IMG/VR virus record: IMGVR_UViG_3300022934_000174
Coordinates: 1-24,430 of that record
Source: a virus
Lineage: Duplodnaviria > Caudoviricetes
DNA length: 24,430 nucleotides
Reading direction: 5' to 3' (one strand)
The notes under the pieces are model-generated. The model saw nothing but the letters and a program-made list of their open reading frames with translations. It ran no database searches and had not been told where the DNA came from. This document shows, piece by piece, positions 9,567-16,401 of this stretch. The position numbers and the translations under genes were made by a program. Numbering within the stretch: the stretch's first letter is position 1; every line of letters begins with the position of its first letter.

Positions 9567-9937
9567 TGCCCAAAGCCACAAACCGTTTTGAGCGGGCGGT
9601 CCAAGTGCTGCGCTGGCTGAAAAGCGAGTTTCCACTTGATCGCGTGAAACGGCTCGAATGGGTAGACGATCTGCGTGATGAGGATGAAGAGCAACTCTGC
9701 GGTCGAGTTGTTGAGCGCGGATCAGATCTCGTGATACTGCTGTCTCGGAAGTCTTGCCCGACGGTGCAGAGCACGGTTGAGACGCTCATCCATGAAGCCG
9801 CTCACGCGCACGCAGAGCTCTGGGACAAAGGTCTTGGATTCTATCACGGGGACCAGTTTTGGATTCGATACGGGCGAATGCAGGACGCCTACGATCATCA
9901 CGGCTGGAGCGACAGCAAAAGCTTTGAGGGGAAGTGA
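9566..9937 (+). CDS. Small zincin metallopeptidase (SprT-like HExxH)
   Basis: TLIHEAAHAH...HGDQFW gives HExxH plus a third His in an HG..F motif; TAATG coupling. Confidence 0.7.
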   Translation: MPKATNRFERAVQVLRWLKSEFPLDRVKRLEWVDDLRDEDEEQLCGRVVERGSDLVILLSRKSCPTVQSTVETLIHEAAHAHAELWDKGLGFYHGDQFWIRYGRMQDAYDHHGWSDSKSFEGK

Positions 9938-10218
9938 CATTGACGAGCAAAGGTATTGAAGAGCTGTACGAAGAATTTCAGGCCCGCAAGCGTTCCGCCT
10001 GGTTGAGGGGTCGCGCGGAATATCGTCAGTCAGACGCCGATCCGTTTCGTGGTGACGCGGTTCATGAAGCATCCGAAGAGGTCATAGATTTCAGCAACTA
10101 CATAGATCAGCTTGCACTTGACGGTTGCATCTCCGAAGAAGAGCGCATGGAAATTGAGATTGATTCCCTGAACAAATTTGTCTGGCTCGATGGCGTGCGG
10201 AACAGGCGCAATGCGTGA
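9934..10218 (+). CDS. Small all-alpha protein, possible MazG-like NTP pyrophosphohydrolase fold
   Basis: G..EY followed by EASEEVIDFSNYI (E..EE..D...Y acidic helix); GTGA coupling. Confidence 0.45.
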   Translation: MTLTSKGIEELYEEFQARKRSAWLRGRAEYRQSDADPFRGDAVHEASEEVIDFSNYIDQLALDGCISEEERMEIEIDSLNKFVWLDGVRNRRNA

Positions 10219-10663
10219 GCAGGTTGTGCGTTGGCATCAAGCGGACGCGGACCTGATTGAGTCGTGGGAATTTCAATTCCAGCGGGTTGGTTCGACGCAA
10301 TGGGAATGGGTCGCAGGCGTATCGCCGGCAGAACCTTGCGTCGATTGCTTTCAAGCAACGGTGGTTGTGCCGGACGACGCATTGTTTTTGCGGTCGCGCA
10401 GCATTGCGGTGGGGGTTGAAAGCGAGTGGTCAAACCAAACGAGCGTGGTGCTGCCGGAGCCGACGTTCACCGTGGGTTTGTTTGTGTGCGTGCTTTTGCT
10501 GGCGTGGATAAAAAAGCGCGACCCAGGACTTCTGGGCCGCGCTTATACCAGCGACACGTTTAAGACCCCCCTCAAACGTGCTCCATCGCGTAGATGTCGC
10601 TGGCTTCTCCAGGCTGTCCTTCTACCTAATTCCAGCCCTTTGATCTGTTCAAACGATCAATGA
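10211..10663 (+). CDS. Beta-sandwich (FN3-like) protein with a PEP-CTERM-like sorting signal
   Basis: ATG 10211 overlaps the upstream stop (ATGCGTGA). ...GVESEWSN resembles the end of an FN3 domain, followed by VLPEP-TFTVGLFVCVLLLAWI-KKR at 10448-10519. Confidence 0.65.
   Translation: MREQVVRWHQADADLIESWEFQFQRVGSTQWEWVAGVSPAEPCVDCFQATVVVPDDALFLRSRSIAVGVESEWSNQTSVVLPEPTFTVGLFVCVLLLAWIKKRDPGLLGRAYTSDTFKTPLKRAPSRRCRWLLQAVLLPNSSPLICSNDQ
10510..10544 (-). terminator. Intrinsic terminator of the leftward operon
   Basis: Minus strand reads AAGCGCGGCCCAG-AAGTC-CTGGGTCGCGC-TTTTTT: a GC-rich stem with one G-U pair plus a U-tract, about 105 nt after the TGT-like stop. Confidence 0.8.
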
Positions 10664-11323
10664 AATCTGATCGTCCTCCTGCTTTTCAATGAGCTTGCTC
10701 TGTCGGCGCACTTTCTTGACCGCCAGCTCCATGCACTCCGCGCTGGTGATCCACGCGCCGAGCGCGTTTCTAATTTTCTGCCACTCAATCCACGCATGAG
10801 TGGAATCAAACGAATCAATGCGTGGAATATGCGCGTAACGTCCAAGCGCCCAGCCGTGAACGTGGAGGTCTTCTGGAATCCGATCAAGCGTTCGACGTAA
10901 CCATTGCTCGCGTCCAGCGCGCGGAGGCTTCAAACCAATGCCGATCCAGTTTCCGCGCTCTTGCGCGATTGGAATCAACTCGTCAAGGAGCCAGTCTGGG
11001 TCGGTGTCGTGGAAGGTTGGAAAGCCTCCGTGCTGATAGTTCAGTAAAGACCGTTCCCAGTTTCCAGAAATGTCGTCTAGTCCAGCGTAAGCGCAGGCAT
11101 ATGGGAACTGCTGAACCCAGTCAAGATACTCGATCAGGTCTATTTTCTTCCCTGAGTTCAGTTCAGAGAAAGCACCGCTGTCGAGCAGCAGATGACTGAA
11201 CGTGTGAACGTAACCACCAGTCATAAGGAATTTGCAGTACGCCGCGAACGAGATGAGAACTGGCATATCTGCAACAAGCGAAGCCTGCAATTGATTGCAT
11301 GGCGTTCCGACGTAGACCCTCAT
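10649..11323 (-). CDS. TGT-fold transglycosylase (queuine tRNA-ribosyltransferase/DpdA-like), 224 aa
   Basis: Motifs LLDSGAFS, GLDDI, PTFH, IGIG, HVHG and DSFDST. ATG 11323 overlaps the QueC stop (ATGA), which is favoured over the longer ORF start at 11374. Confidence 0.75.
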   Translation of the reverse strand: MRVYVGTPCNQLQASLVADMPVLISFAAYCKFLMTGGYVHTFSHLLLDSGAFSELNSGKKIDLIEYLDWVQQFPYACAYAGLDDISGNWERSLLNYQHGGFPTFHDTDPDWLLDELIPIAQERGNWIGIGLKPPRAGREQWLRRTLDRIPEDLHVHGWALGRYAHIPRIDSFDSTHAWIEWQKIRNALGAWITSAECMELAVKKVRRQSKLIEKQEDDQISLIV

Positions 11324-11877
11324 TGCGAGCAACTCGCGCATTGCCCGCACGGCTTCGGTCCGGGTCCGTAACAAGACCAGGTGTAAGCCTCAAAACCAAC
11401 GTCTCTCAAATGAGTGACACGCGCCTCTCGCTCGACAAGTGAATACTTGAGCGTGCTTCCGAGCAGTCGCAATGAACGATCCAGCGAATCTAAAAACGGT
11501 CGTCTGCAATCCGCGTAATCAGCCCAATCTTGCGGCGCAGCGCCGATCCAAATCGTTTCGCCGAACGCTGCGGCCAGCGAAATCATCCAAAGGTTGCGAG
11601 CTGGTACGACCGCTGGACCGCTTGACCATTCGTCCATTTTCCCAAGCGGAAGACCTCGGACCTGAACGGTTCTGAAGTCAAGAAGGCAGGCTTTTGCAAG
11701 CGTCGCAGCGGCAGCATTTTCTTTCTTTGCCGACGGCTGACCGTAGTCAACAAACAACGCCAAGCCAGGAGGTCCAACCGGCTTTACGGTCGCTGCAAGA
11801 TAAGTGGAGTCCACGCCTCCACTCAACAAAATCACGTCGCTATACCGCTTGACGTTAGCTTTGCTTAAACCTTGCAT
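11320..11877 (-). CDS. queC: 7-cyano-7-deazaguanine synthase (QueC)-family ATP pyrophosphatase
   Basis: LSGGVDS PP-loop, DYGQ, VPARN, DYADCR and the Zn site TWSCY......CGQCASC; GGAG SD upstream. Confidence 0.9.
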   Translation of the reverse strand: MQGLSKANVKRYSDVILLSGGVDSTYLAATVKPVGPPGLALFVDYGQPSAKKENAAAATLAKACLLDFRTVQVRGLPLGKMDEWSSGPAVVPARNLWMISLAAAFGETIWIGAAPQDWADYADCRRPFLDSLDRSLRLLGSTLKYSLVEREARVTHLRDVGFEAYTWSCYGPGPKPCGQCASCSQ

Positions 11878-12766
11878 CTTTATAACTCCGATAAATCAGC
11901 GTGCGCCATGCGAGCGCAGCCACGCTTGGAACTTGTCCGTTGCCGATGCAGCGCAATCGGTCCATCCGAGAGGCCACCCCATCAGCCACTCGACCCACGT
12001 CGGGTTCAATTTGCCACCAACCTGCGCCGCGAGAGTTGGCGTGTTCCGCGTCGATTCCGAAGGCGCGTTCGTCTCTTTCGCATTGTGCGCCGTTGGCGTC
12101 GGCCACAAATTCTTTCGTGCCATCGTCTGCAAGCTGGGACGCACCTTGCCTGTCCTTCCCATGCCGCCGCCTTGATTCGTCCCGTAACTCGATGCGCTTG
12201 GCGTCGGCAGCCACGCTCGACAGCCAGGGTGCTTTATCATCGAAGGCGACAACTGGTTTGCTTTCGCTGTTGGCGTCGCTAGCCACAATCCAGATCCGGT
12301 CACGCTTGTGAGGTGCTCCGGCATGGTGCGCTCCGATAACTCCCCACTCTGCATCGAACCCCATCTTGGCAAGGTCGCAGAGTACGCGGTCGAGTCCTCG
12401 AGAAGTGAGCATTGGACTGTTTTCAATGAATGCGTATCTGGGTCGAATTTCGCGAATGATTCGCGCCATTTCTGACCAGAGTCCTGATTTCTCGCCTTCG
12501 ATTCCTGCGCCTTGACCGGCTGAGCTGATGTCCTGACACGGGAAGCCTCCCGAAACCACGTCAACAGCGCCTCGCCATGCGCGTCCGTCAAATGTCCGCA
12601 CGTCGTCCCAGATTGGAAACGGCTCGAGACATCCGTCGTTTTGACGTGCGAGCAAAACGTCTCGTGCGTATCGGTCGAACTCGACGGCGCAGACTGTCCT
12701 CCATCCAAGCAATCTGCTTGCGAGTAAGCCTCCGCCAGCGCCCGCGAATAGTGCCAGCTCACGCAT
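11855..12766 (-). CDS. DNA cytosine-C5 methyltransferase, main (alpha-like) chain
   Basis: Motif I LFAGAGG, IV GGFPCQ, VI FIENS, VIII HKRDRIW and X RLRCIGNGQVP. No canonical motif IX in this frame. Confidence 0.93.
   Translation of the reverse strand: MRELALFAGAGGGLLASRLLGWRTVCAVEFDRYARDVLLARQNDGCLEPFPIWDDVRTFDGRAWRGAVDVVSGGFPCQDISSAGQGAGIEGEKSGLWSEMARIIREIRPRYAFIENSPMLTSRGLDRVLCDLAKMGFDAEWGVIGAHHAGAPHKRDRIWIVASDANSESKPVVAFDDKAPWLSSVAADAKRIELRDESRRRHGKDRQGASQLADDGTKEFVADANGAQCERDERAFGIDAEHANSRGAGWWQIEPDVGRVADGVASRMDRLRCIGNGQVPSVAALAWRTLIYRSYKDARFKQS
11896..12762 (-). CDS. Nested alternative-frame ORF, putative second (beta-like) methyltransferase chain with variable region and motif IX
   Basis: 288 codons open on the same strand. 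GTG start overlaps the upstream stop (GTGA). Has three W(L/P)xTP-type repeats and LNPTWVEWLMGWPLGWT (motif IX-like). Stops 18 nt before the QueC start. Confidence 0.7.
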   Translation of the reverse strand: MSWHYSRALAEAYSQADCLDGGQSAPSSSTDTHETFCSHVKTTDVSSRFQSGTTCGHLTDAHGEALLTWFREASRVRTSAQPVKAQESKARNQDSGQKWRESFAKFDPDTHSLKTVQCSLLEDSTAYSATLPRWGSMQSGELSERTMPEHLTSVTGSGLWLATPTAKANQLSPSMIKHPGCRAWLPTPSASSYGTNQGGGMGRTGKVRPSLQTMARKNLWPTPTAHNAKETNAPSESTRNTPTLAAQVGGKLNPTWVEWLMGWPLGWTDCAASATDKFQAWLRSHGAR

Positions 12767-12974
12767 TGTTCCCCAACGCTGTTTCGAGCTCGCGAATGCG
12801 GGCGTCCGCTTGCGTCTGCCGGCGCGTATGAAAAGCGCTCGTCGATGCGTGGTACTCGCTCCAGAGCTCGAGCAGTTTGTACTCCATCAAATCAAGCGGG
12901 TTGTGTTCAGGCGAGCATTTCTGCTCAGCCCAAAGCCGCGCCATCGTCACGTCGTCAAGGTTGGGCTGTCTCAC
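12759..12974 (-). CDS. Hypothetical protein
   Basis: GTGA coupling with the ERF stop; its own stop overlaps the methyltransferase starts; C-terminal ARIRELE coiled coil. Confidence 0.55.
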   Translation of the reverse strand: MRQPNLDDVTMARLWAEQKCSPEHNPLDLMEYKLLELWSEYHASTSAFHTRRQTQADARIRELETALGNNA

Positions 12975-13588
12975 TTCGGTTCCCACTCTTGGATCGCAGA
13001 GATCGTGCGACCAAGATCAGAATCGAGCAACTCGATCGGACTGCTGTATCCGAAACGCTTCGCAATCTCGACGATGATTTCCGTCGCGCTGATATCGTCA
13101 CCGATCTCCGACGCGCGGAGGCTCGCTGCGTGCTTGACTTTGTCTCGGCTCTCAGCGCTCATGGCCGGCGCTTTTCGCTGCCGCTTCGGCTCTTTGACGA
13201 CGGGTGCAGAACCACGCCCCGACGCAGACTCGCCGTCGTCGTCCTCTTCCGTGACCAGACAAAGTGCGCCCGAGATTCCGTACCGACGCGCGTACGAAAC
13301 TGCTGCACACGCCCCTTGAGGATCGTGCTTGGAAAGCGGAACGGTGAACTTGTATTCAATGTACTCACCGCTTGAGTGGATCACGCGCGTGACGACGCCG
13401 GCCTTGTCTTCTTCTGAGACAGGAAACTGCATCACACCCAAGCCGTGCTTTGACAGGATCGGATCGATCACTTTATGGATCGCCGCGAGCGAAGCAAACC
13501 GACTCTTGAAATGCGGATTGATGCTGTCGAAGCTGATCGACGGGCATTCGGATTGAAACGCGATCAAAGCGCTGTTTAGATTTTTCAT
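12971..13588 (-). CDS. erf: ERF-family single-strand annealing protein
   Basis: NPHFKS.FASL, HSSGE, Q..CAAVSYARRY and EDDDG motifs; GGAG SD. Confidence 0.9.
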   Translation of the reverse strand: MKNLNSALIAFQSECPSISFDSINPHFKSRFASLAAIHKVIDPILSKHGLGVMQFPVSEEDKAGVVTRVIHSSGEYIEYKFTVPLSKHDPQGACAAVSYARRYGISGALCLVTEEDDDGESASGRGSAPVVKEPKRQRKAPAMSAESRDKVKHAASLRASEIGDDISATEIIVEIAKRFGYSSPIELLDSDLGRTISAIQEWEPK

Positions 13589-13595
13589 GATGGGA

Positions 13596-13666
13596 TCTCC
13601 AAGTGGTGGAGCGGGCTCCCAATGAGGCTACCCAGACCCGCTCCACCGGAGGAGGCTGGGTAGCCT
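13596..13666 (-). promoter_or_regulatory. Interlocked double inverted repeat (H-type pseudoknot or translational switch) between ssb and erf
   Basis: Perfect 11-bp pairs 13605-13615/13637-13647 and 13625-13635/13656-13666 in A-B-A'-B' order. Confidence 0.7.
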
Positions 13667-14039
13667 AAAACGGGATCTCTTGGTCTTCGATGCCGTCCTG
13701 CTGGCGCGGCATCTTCGGGCTGTCGGACTCTACGTACTTCGTGATCTCGAGATCGTCAGCGCGGATCTCAAGCGAAGTTCTGCTCTCGCCTTTAGAGTCG
13801 TACTGGCGTGCGGAAAACGATCCGACGACGGTAACCGCGGCTCCCTTCTTAAGCAGATGCTCAAGCGCTGACCCACGCTTGCCCCAAACGGAGCAGCGAA
13901 ACCAGGTCGGCACCTCTGCCTGCCGGCTTGGCTGACACGCCAAGCTGAACTCGGTGACCGTCGATTGACCGACGGTTTTCGTTTCAGCATCTCGACCGAT
14001 GCGTCCGCTCACCGTGATGCGAGCAATGTTCTGTGCCAC
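13665..14039 (-). CDS. ssb: Single-stranded DNA-binding protein
   Basis: GRIGRDAE, WFRCSVWGK, LKKG..VTVVG and an acidic DQEIPF tail; AGGAGG SD before the GTG start. Confidence 0.95.
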   Translation of the reverse strand: MAQNIARITVSGRIGRDAETKTVGQSTVTEFSLACQPSRQAEVPTWFRCSVWGKRGSALEHLLKKGAAVTVVGSFSARQYDSKGESRTSLEIRADDLEITKYVESDSPKMPRQQDGIEDQEIPF

Positions 14040-14058
14040 TTGGGCCTCCTTTTGTTGA

Positions 14059-14253
14059 CTAGCTTGCTAGCACAGCAAAACAACTTGCGCAGAGCAAACC
14101 GAAGCAAATTACAAACAAGATGATTCCGACAGCGTCGGCCAGCGCGAGCCACCACGGATCTCTGTCACCAAAGATTTCGTCTAGCGCGTCTTCGATGTCG
14201 AGCTGGTGCTCAGCGTCTTGAAACAAACGACACGGCTGATCGTCAATCTTCAT
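14059..14253 (-). CDS. Small membrane protein
   Basis: Acidic N-terminus and a C-terminal TM helix; overlaps the upstream gene end in the operon. Confidence 0.55.
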   Translation of the reverse strand: MKIDDQPCRLFQDAEHQLDIEDALDEIFGDRDPWWLALADAVGIILFVICFGLLCASCFAVLAS

Positions 14254-14545
14254 TGTGTGCGTCCTTCAGCTTGTTGATTAGTTTTTGCAGATCGAGCTCG
14301 CGCTGAAGCCAAGCCAAGCTCGACTTCAAAACTTTGATTGCATGCTCAGCCTCACGCAGAGCTTCGTGCGCGTTGCAGGCCGGAGCGAAAGCGCGCTTTG
14401 CAATTGTATTTCCAGCTTGATGCAACAAAAGAGATGCTCGCATGGCGTTTTGGTCAGCCGTGGAACGCGCGTCTTTCAACTCGACATCAAGTTTTGCAAT
14501 TATCTGCTGTCTCAAAGCTCCCGGTTTTTTGTGTTGTGTACTCAT
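14243..14545 (-). CDS. Hypothetical coiled-coil protein
   Basis: GGAGG SD before ATG 14545 (MSTQHKK...). Confidence 0.65.
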   Translation of the reverse strand: MSTQHKKPGALRQQIIAKLDVELKDARSTADQNAMRASLLLHQAGNTIAKRAFAPACNAHEALREAEHAIKVLKSSLAWLQRELDLQKLINKLKDAHNED

Positions 14546-14549
14546 TGGT

Positions 14550-14780
14550 CTAATCCTCCAGGTGACCACAACCGGGTCGCCATCGTTCAAAGATTTCGAT
14601 CGCGCGCTCTTCTTCAGCGTCAGTCAATCCAGCGTCGATCACATATGCGTCAATGCCGTGATCGTGAGCAAGGCGCAGTTTGTGCAGCTCGTCGTCGTCG
14701 TCAAAGAAATGGATTTCTGCTGTTTTGCAGTCAAACCAAACGACTTCAGGTTCGTAATACCTGAGTTTGGATTGAGACAT
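14550..14780 (-). CDS. Hypothetical acidic protein, first gene of the leftward operon
   Basis: Strong AAGGAGGA SD before ATG 14780 (MSQSKLRYY...); D/E-rich. Confidence 0.7.
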   Translation of the reverse strand: MSQSKLRYYEPEVVWFDCKTAEIHFFDDDDELHKLRLAHDHGIDAYVIDAGLTDAEEERAIEIFERWRPGCGHLED

Positions 14781-14793
14781 TGGTTGTCCTCCT

Positions 14794-14814
14794 TTGTTCA
14801 CACGAAGTGAACAA
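14794..14814. promoter_or_regulatory. Palindromic operator or hairpin TTGTTCAC-N5-GTGAACAA
   Basis: Perfect 8-bp inverted repeat abutting the leftward SD. A related TTGTTCATT...AATGCACAA lies at 15115-15142 over the rightward start. Confidence 0.5.
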
Positions 14815-14837
14815 TACCTATGCTCGCGGCGCAACAG

Positions 14838-15059
14838 GAATTTCGACCAGCGCGAAAGAATTTCGACCCAAGCGCAACCCCGCGGGAATTGACGCTCGCC
14901 CAGCCAATTTGGGCGGGCGTGGGCGGGCGTGCAAGGGGATCAAGAGGGCCAAGGGGACCAACTGTTTTGCAACTTGGGGACTTAGGTGCGCGCAAATCGA
15001 GCTGAAAAGCAGACCTATGTCTCCTAAAAGCGTAGGGGACTTAGGTGCGCCCAAATCGA
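14838..15059. repeat. Direct-repeat cluster in the divergent intergenic region
   Basis: GAATTTCGACC x2 (14838, 14858); GGGCGGGCGT tandem x2 (14911-14930); 25-mer GGGGACTTAGGTGCGC(G/C)CAAATCGA x2 (14976, 15035). Confidence 0.85.
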
Positions 15060-15134
15060 CTCAAAAAACATACTTACGTCCCCTCCCCCGAGGGTGGTAT
15101 TGAATTATTTGCATTTGTTCATTATGAGTGCTCA

Positions 15135-15392
15135 ATGCACAAAACACATCCGATCCTGCGTTTTGCGCAGGCACATGGCCTAAAACGAAAAGAAGTGTTT
15201 GACCGTCTGCAGATCCCGCAGACAGTTGGGCGCAAGCTTGTGTTGGGTTTGACGCGCGCGTCTTGGTCCCGAGCTCGAGGTTGGGAGGCCATTACGGCGG
15301 GCGAGATTTCTGCTGCAGAAGTCATGGACTGGCAGCTCGACTGTGACAGATCCGGTCACGACAAGGGGGACAACGATGAACGAGCAGATTGA
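15135..15392 (+). CDS. Cro-like HTH regulator
   Basis: First rightward gene. RASWSRARGWEAITAGEISAAE resembles the Cro/YdaS-like C-terminal pattern. Start ATG 15135 is inferred; no clear SD. Confidence 0.6.
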   Translation: MHKTHPILRFAQAHGLKRKEVFDRLQIPQTVGRKLVLGLTRASWSRARGWEAITAGEISAAEVMDWQLDCDRSGHDKGDNDERAD

Positions 15393-15732
15393 TTGGATCA
15401 ATTCTCACGCGCGCGTGAACGATCCCGAAACCTCGAAGCTTGCGGCAGAGCGCACGGCCCTGCGCGCCGGCTCAGCGAAAGCGTCTATTTTGCGCGTGCT
15501 GGCTGTCCGATGGGGTGGCCCAATGACCTTTGAGGAGGTTGCTCGCGCGGCGAACATTACCGAGTCGAGCGCTTGGAAGCGCTTGAGCGATCTCAAACGA
15601 GAGGGTCGAGTGGTCGTCGTCGATCAGGCCGGCGTGACTCGGCAAAACTGCATGGCTAGCCGCTACGAGCTGTCGGCTGTGGGCGCGTCGGATATTCTCA
15701 AGCTCGACGGGGGTGGCAATGAGCGGGATTGA
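15376..15732 (+). CDS. Winged-HTH DNA-binding protein
   Basis: ARVNDPETSKLAA phage motif, then MTFEEVAR...SSAWKRLSDLKREG; AAGGGGGA SD. Confidence 0.75.
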   Translation: MNEQIDWINSHARVNDPETSKLAAERTALRAGSAKASILRVLAVRWGGPMTFEEVARAANITESSAWKRLSDLKREGRVVVVDQAGVTRQNCMASRYELSAVGASDILKLDGGGNERD

Positions 15733-16108
15733 TTGGCTTCAGGTGGTGGAGGCTTTCGGCCACTACAGCAAACGGGTGACCCCGACGCTGCGCGGCGCTC
15801 GCAAGCGGCTCATCGAGAGGCTCGCAGAGGAGTACTCGACTGAGGATCTGGTCAGCGCGGTTCACGGCTACGTTCATTTCCACAAGGGTCTGGACGAGCG
15901 TAACGGCTTTGATCCGCGTCAATGGTTCACGCCCGAGAGCGTGTTCCGTTTTGAGAAGCTTGAGGGCCGGATTGAGCTGGGAATGGACGGCCCGTGGCAA
16001 AAGCCCCTGTCGCACGAGGAGCAGGTCAAAGCGCGGCAGAAGGCCGCACGAGAGCGTCTGGACGCTGCCCGCGCAAATCGGGAGGGCAGGCTGCGGTCAG
16101 TTAGCTAA
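15719..16108 (+). CDS. Stand-alone domain resembling the phage replisome-organiser C-terminus (Phg_2220_C-like)
   Basis: Pattern RL.E.YS.EDL..AV......WFTPESVF..EK.E matches my recollection of that domain. Confidence 0.5.
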   Translation: MSGIDWLQVVEAFGHYSKRVTPTLRGARKRLIERLAEEYSTEDLVSAVHGYVHFHKGLDERNGFDPRQWFTPESVFRFEKLEGRIELGMDGPWQKPLSHEEQVKARQKAARERLDAARANREGRLRSVS

Positions 16109-16120
16109 GCTGCTCACGCG

Positions 16121-16401
16121 CGATCGAGTGGGCTGCTGGGCTCGATCGTCAATGCACTTACCAGTAGCGGGTTGGGTGGAAGTCCATTGCAGGTGCAACC
16201 CCGCGTCGAAGTCGTTGAGGGGTGATGGAGCGCCAGGCTTACTGTGGCGCGGAAGTAGAACGACCAGCACGCCGGGAGCAGCCCCTGCCGTGCCAATGGG
16301 GCTCTCCAATCTGAGCGCCGGGGGACGAAACTCGAGTTGATGCGATGCATCGCGAGCTTCGGGATTCGTCTCTTCGGGGATCCATCTGAACACACTTCAG
16401 A
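16121..16401. other. Hairpin-dense intergenic segment (candidate ncRNA or origin)
   Basis: At least six consecutive stems and no convincing ORF within an otherwise tightly packed operon. Confidence 0.4.

Noticed and set aside
11324-11374. Longer N-terminus for the TGT-like ORF
   Set aside because: Lies within the QueC Zn-site coding region; the ATGA overlap at 11323 is more plausible.
13588-13670. SSB-ERF fusion by readthrough or +1 frameshift at UUU-UAG
   Set aside because: Readthrough is out of frame with erf (79 nt offset), and the +1 frame meets a TAG at its 13th codon.
14838-15059. CRISPR-like mini-array from the 25-bp repeat with a 34-nt spacer
   Set aside because: Only two copies, no cas genes or leader, and the spacer itself contains an inverted copy of part of the repeat.
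15098-15135. Sigma70 promoter giving a leaderless cro-like mRNA (TTGAAT-17-TATGAG)
   Set aside because: The -10 element lacks the conserved final T; too weak to call without TSS data.
15909-16340. 143-aa + strand ORF covering the hairpin region
   Set aside because: Half overlaps the 15719-16108 gene out of frame, has no SD and has an R/S/G/P-rich non-coding-like composition.
16308-16345. Hammerhead ribozyme-like CTGA...GAAAC
   Set aside because: Sequence is CUGAGCG rather than CUGANGA and no proper stem II is present.
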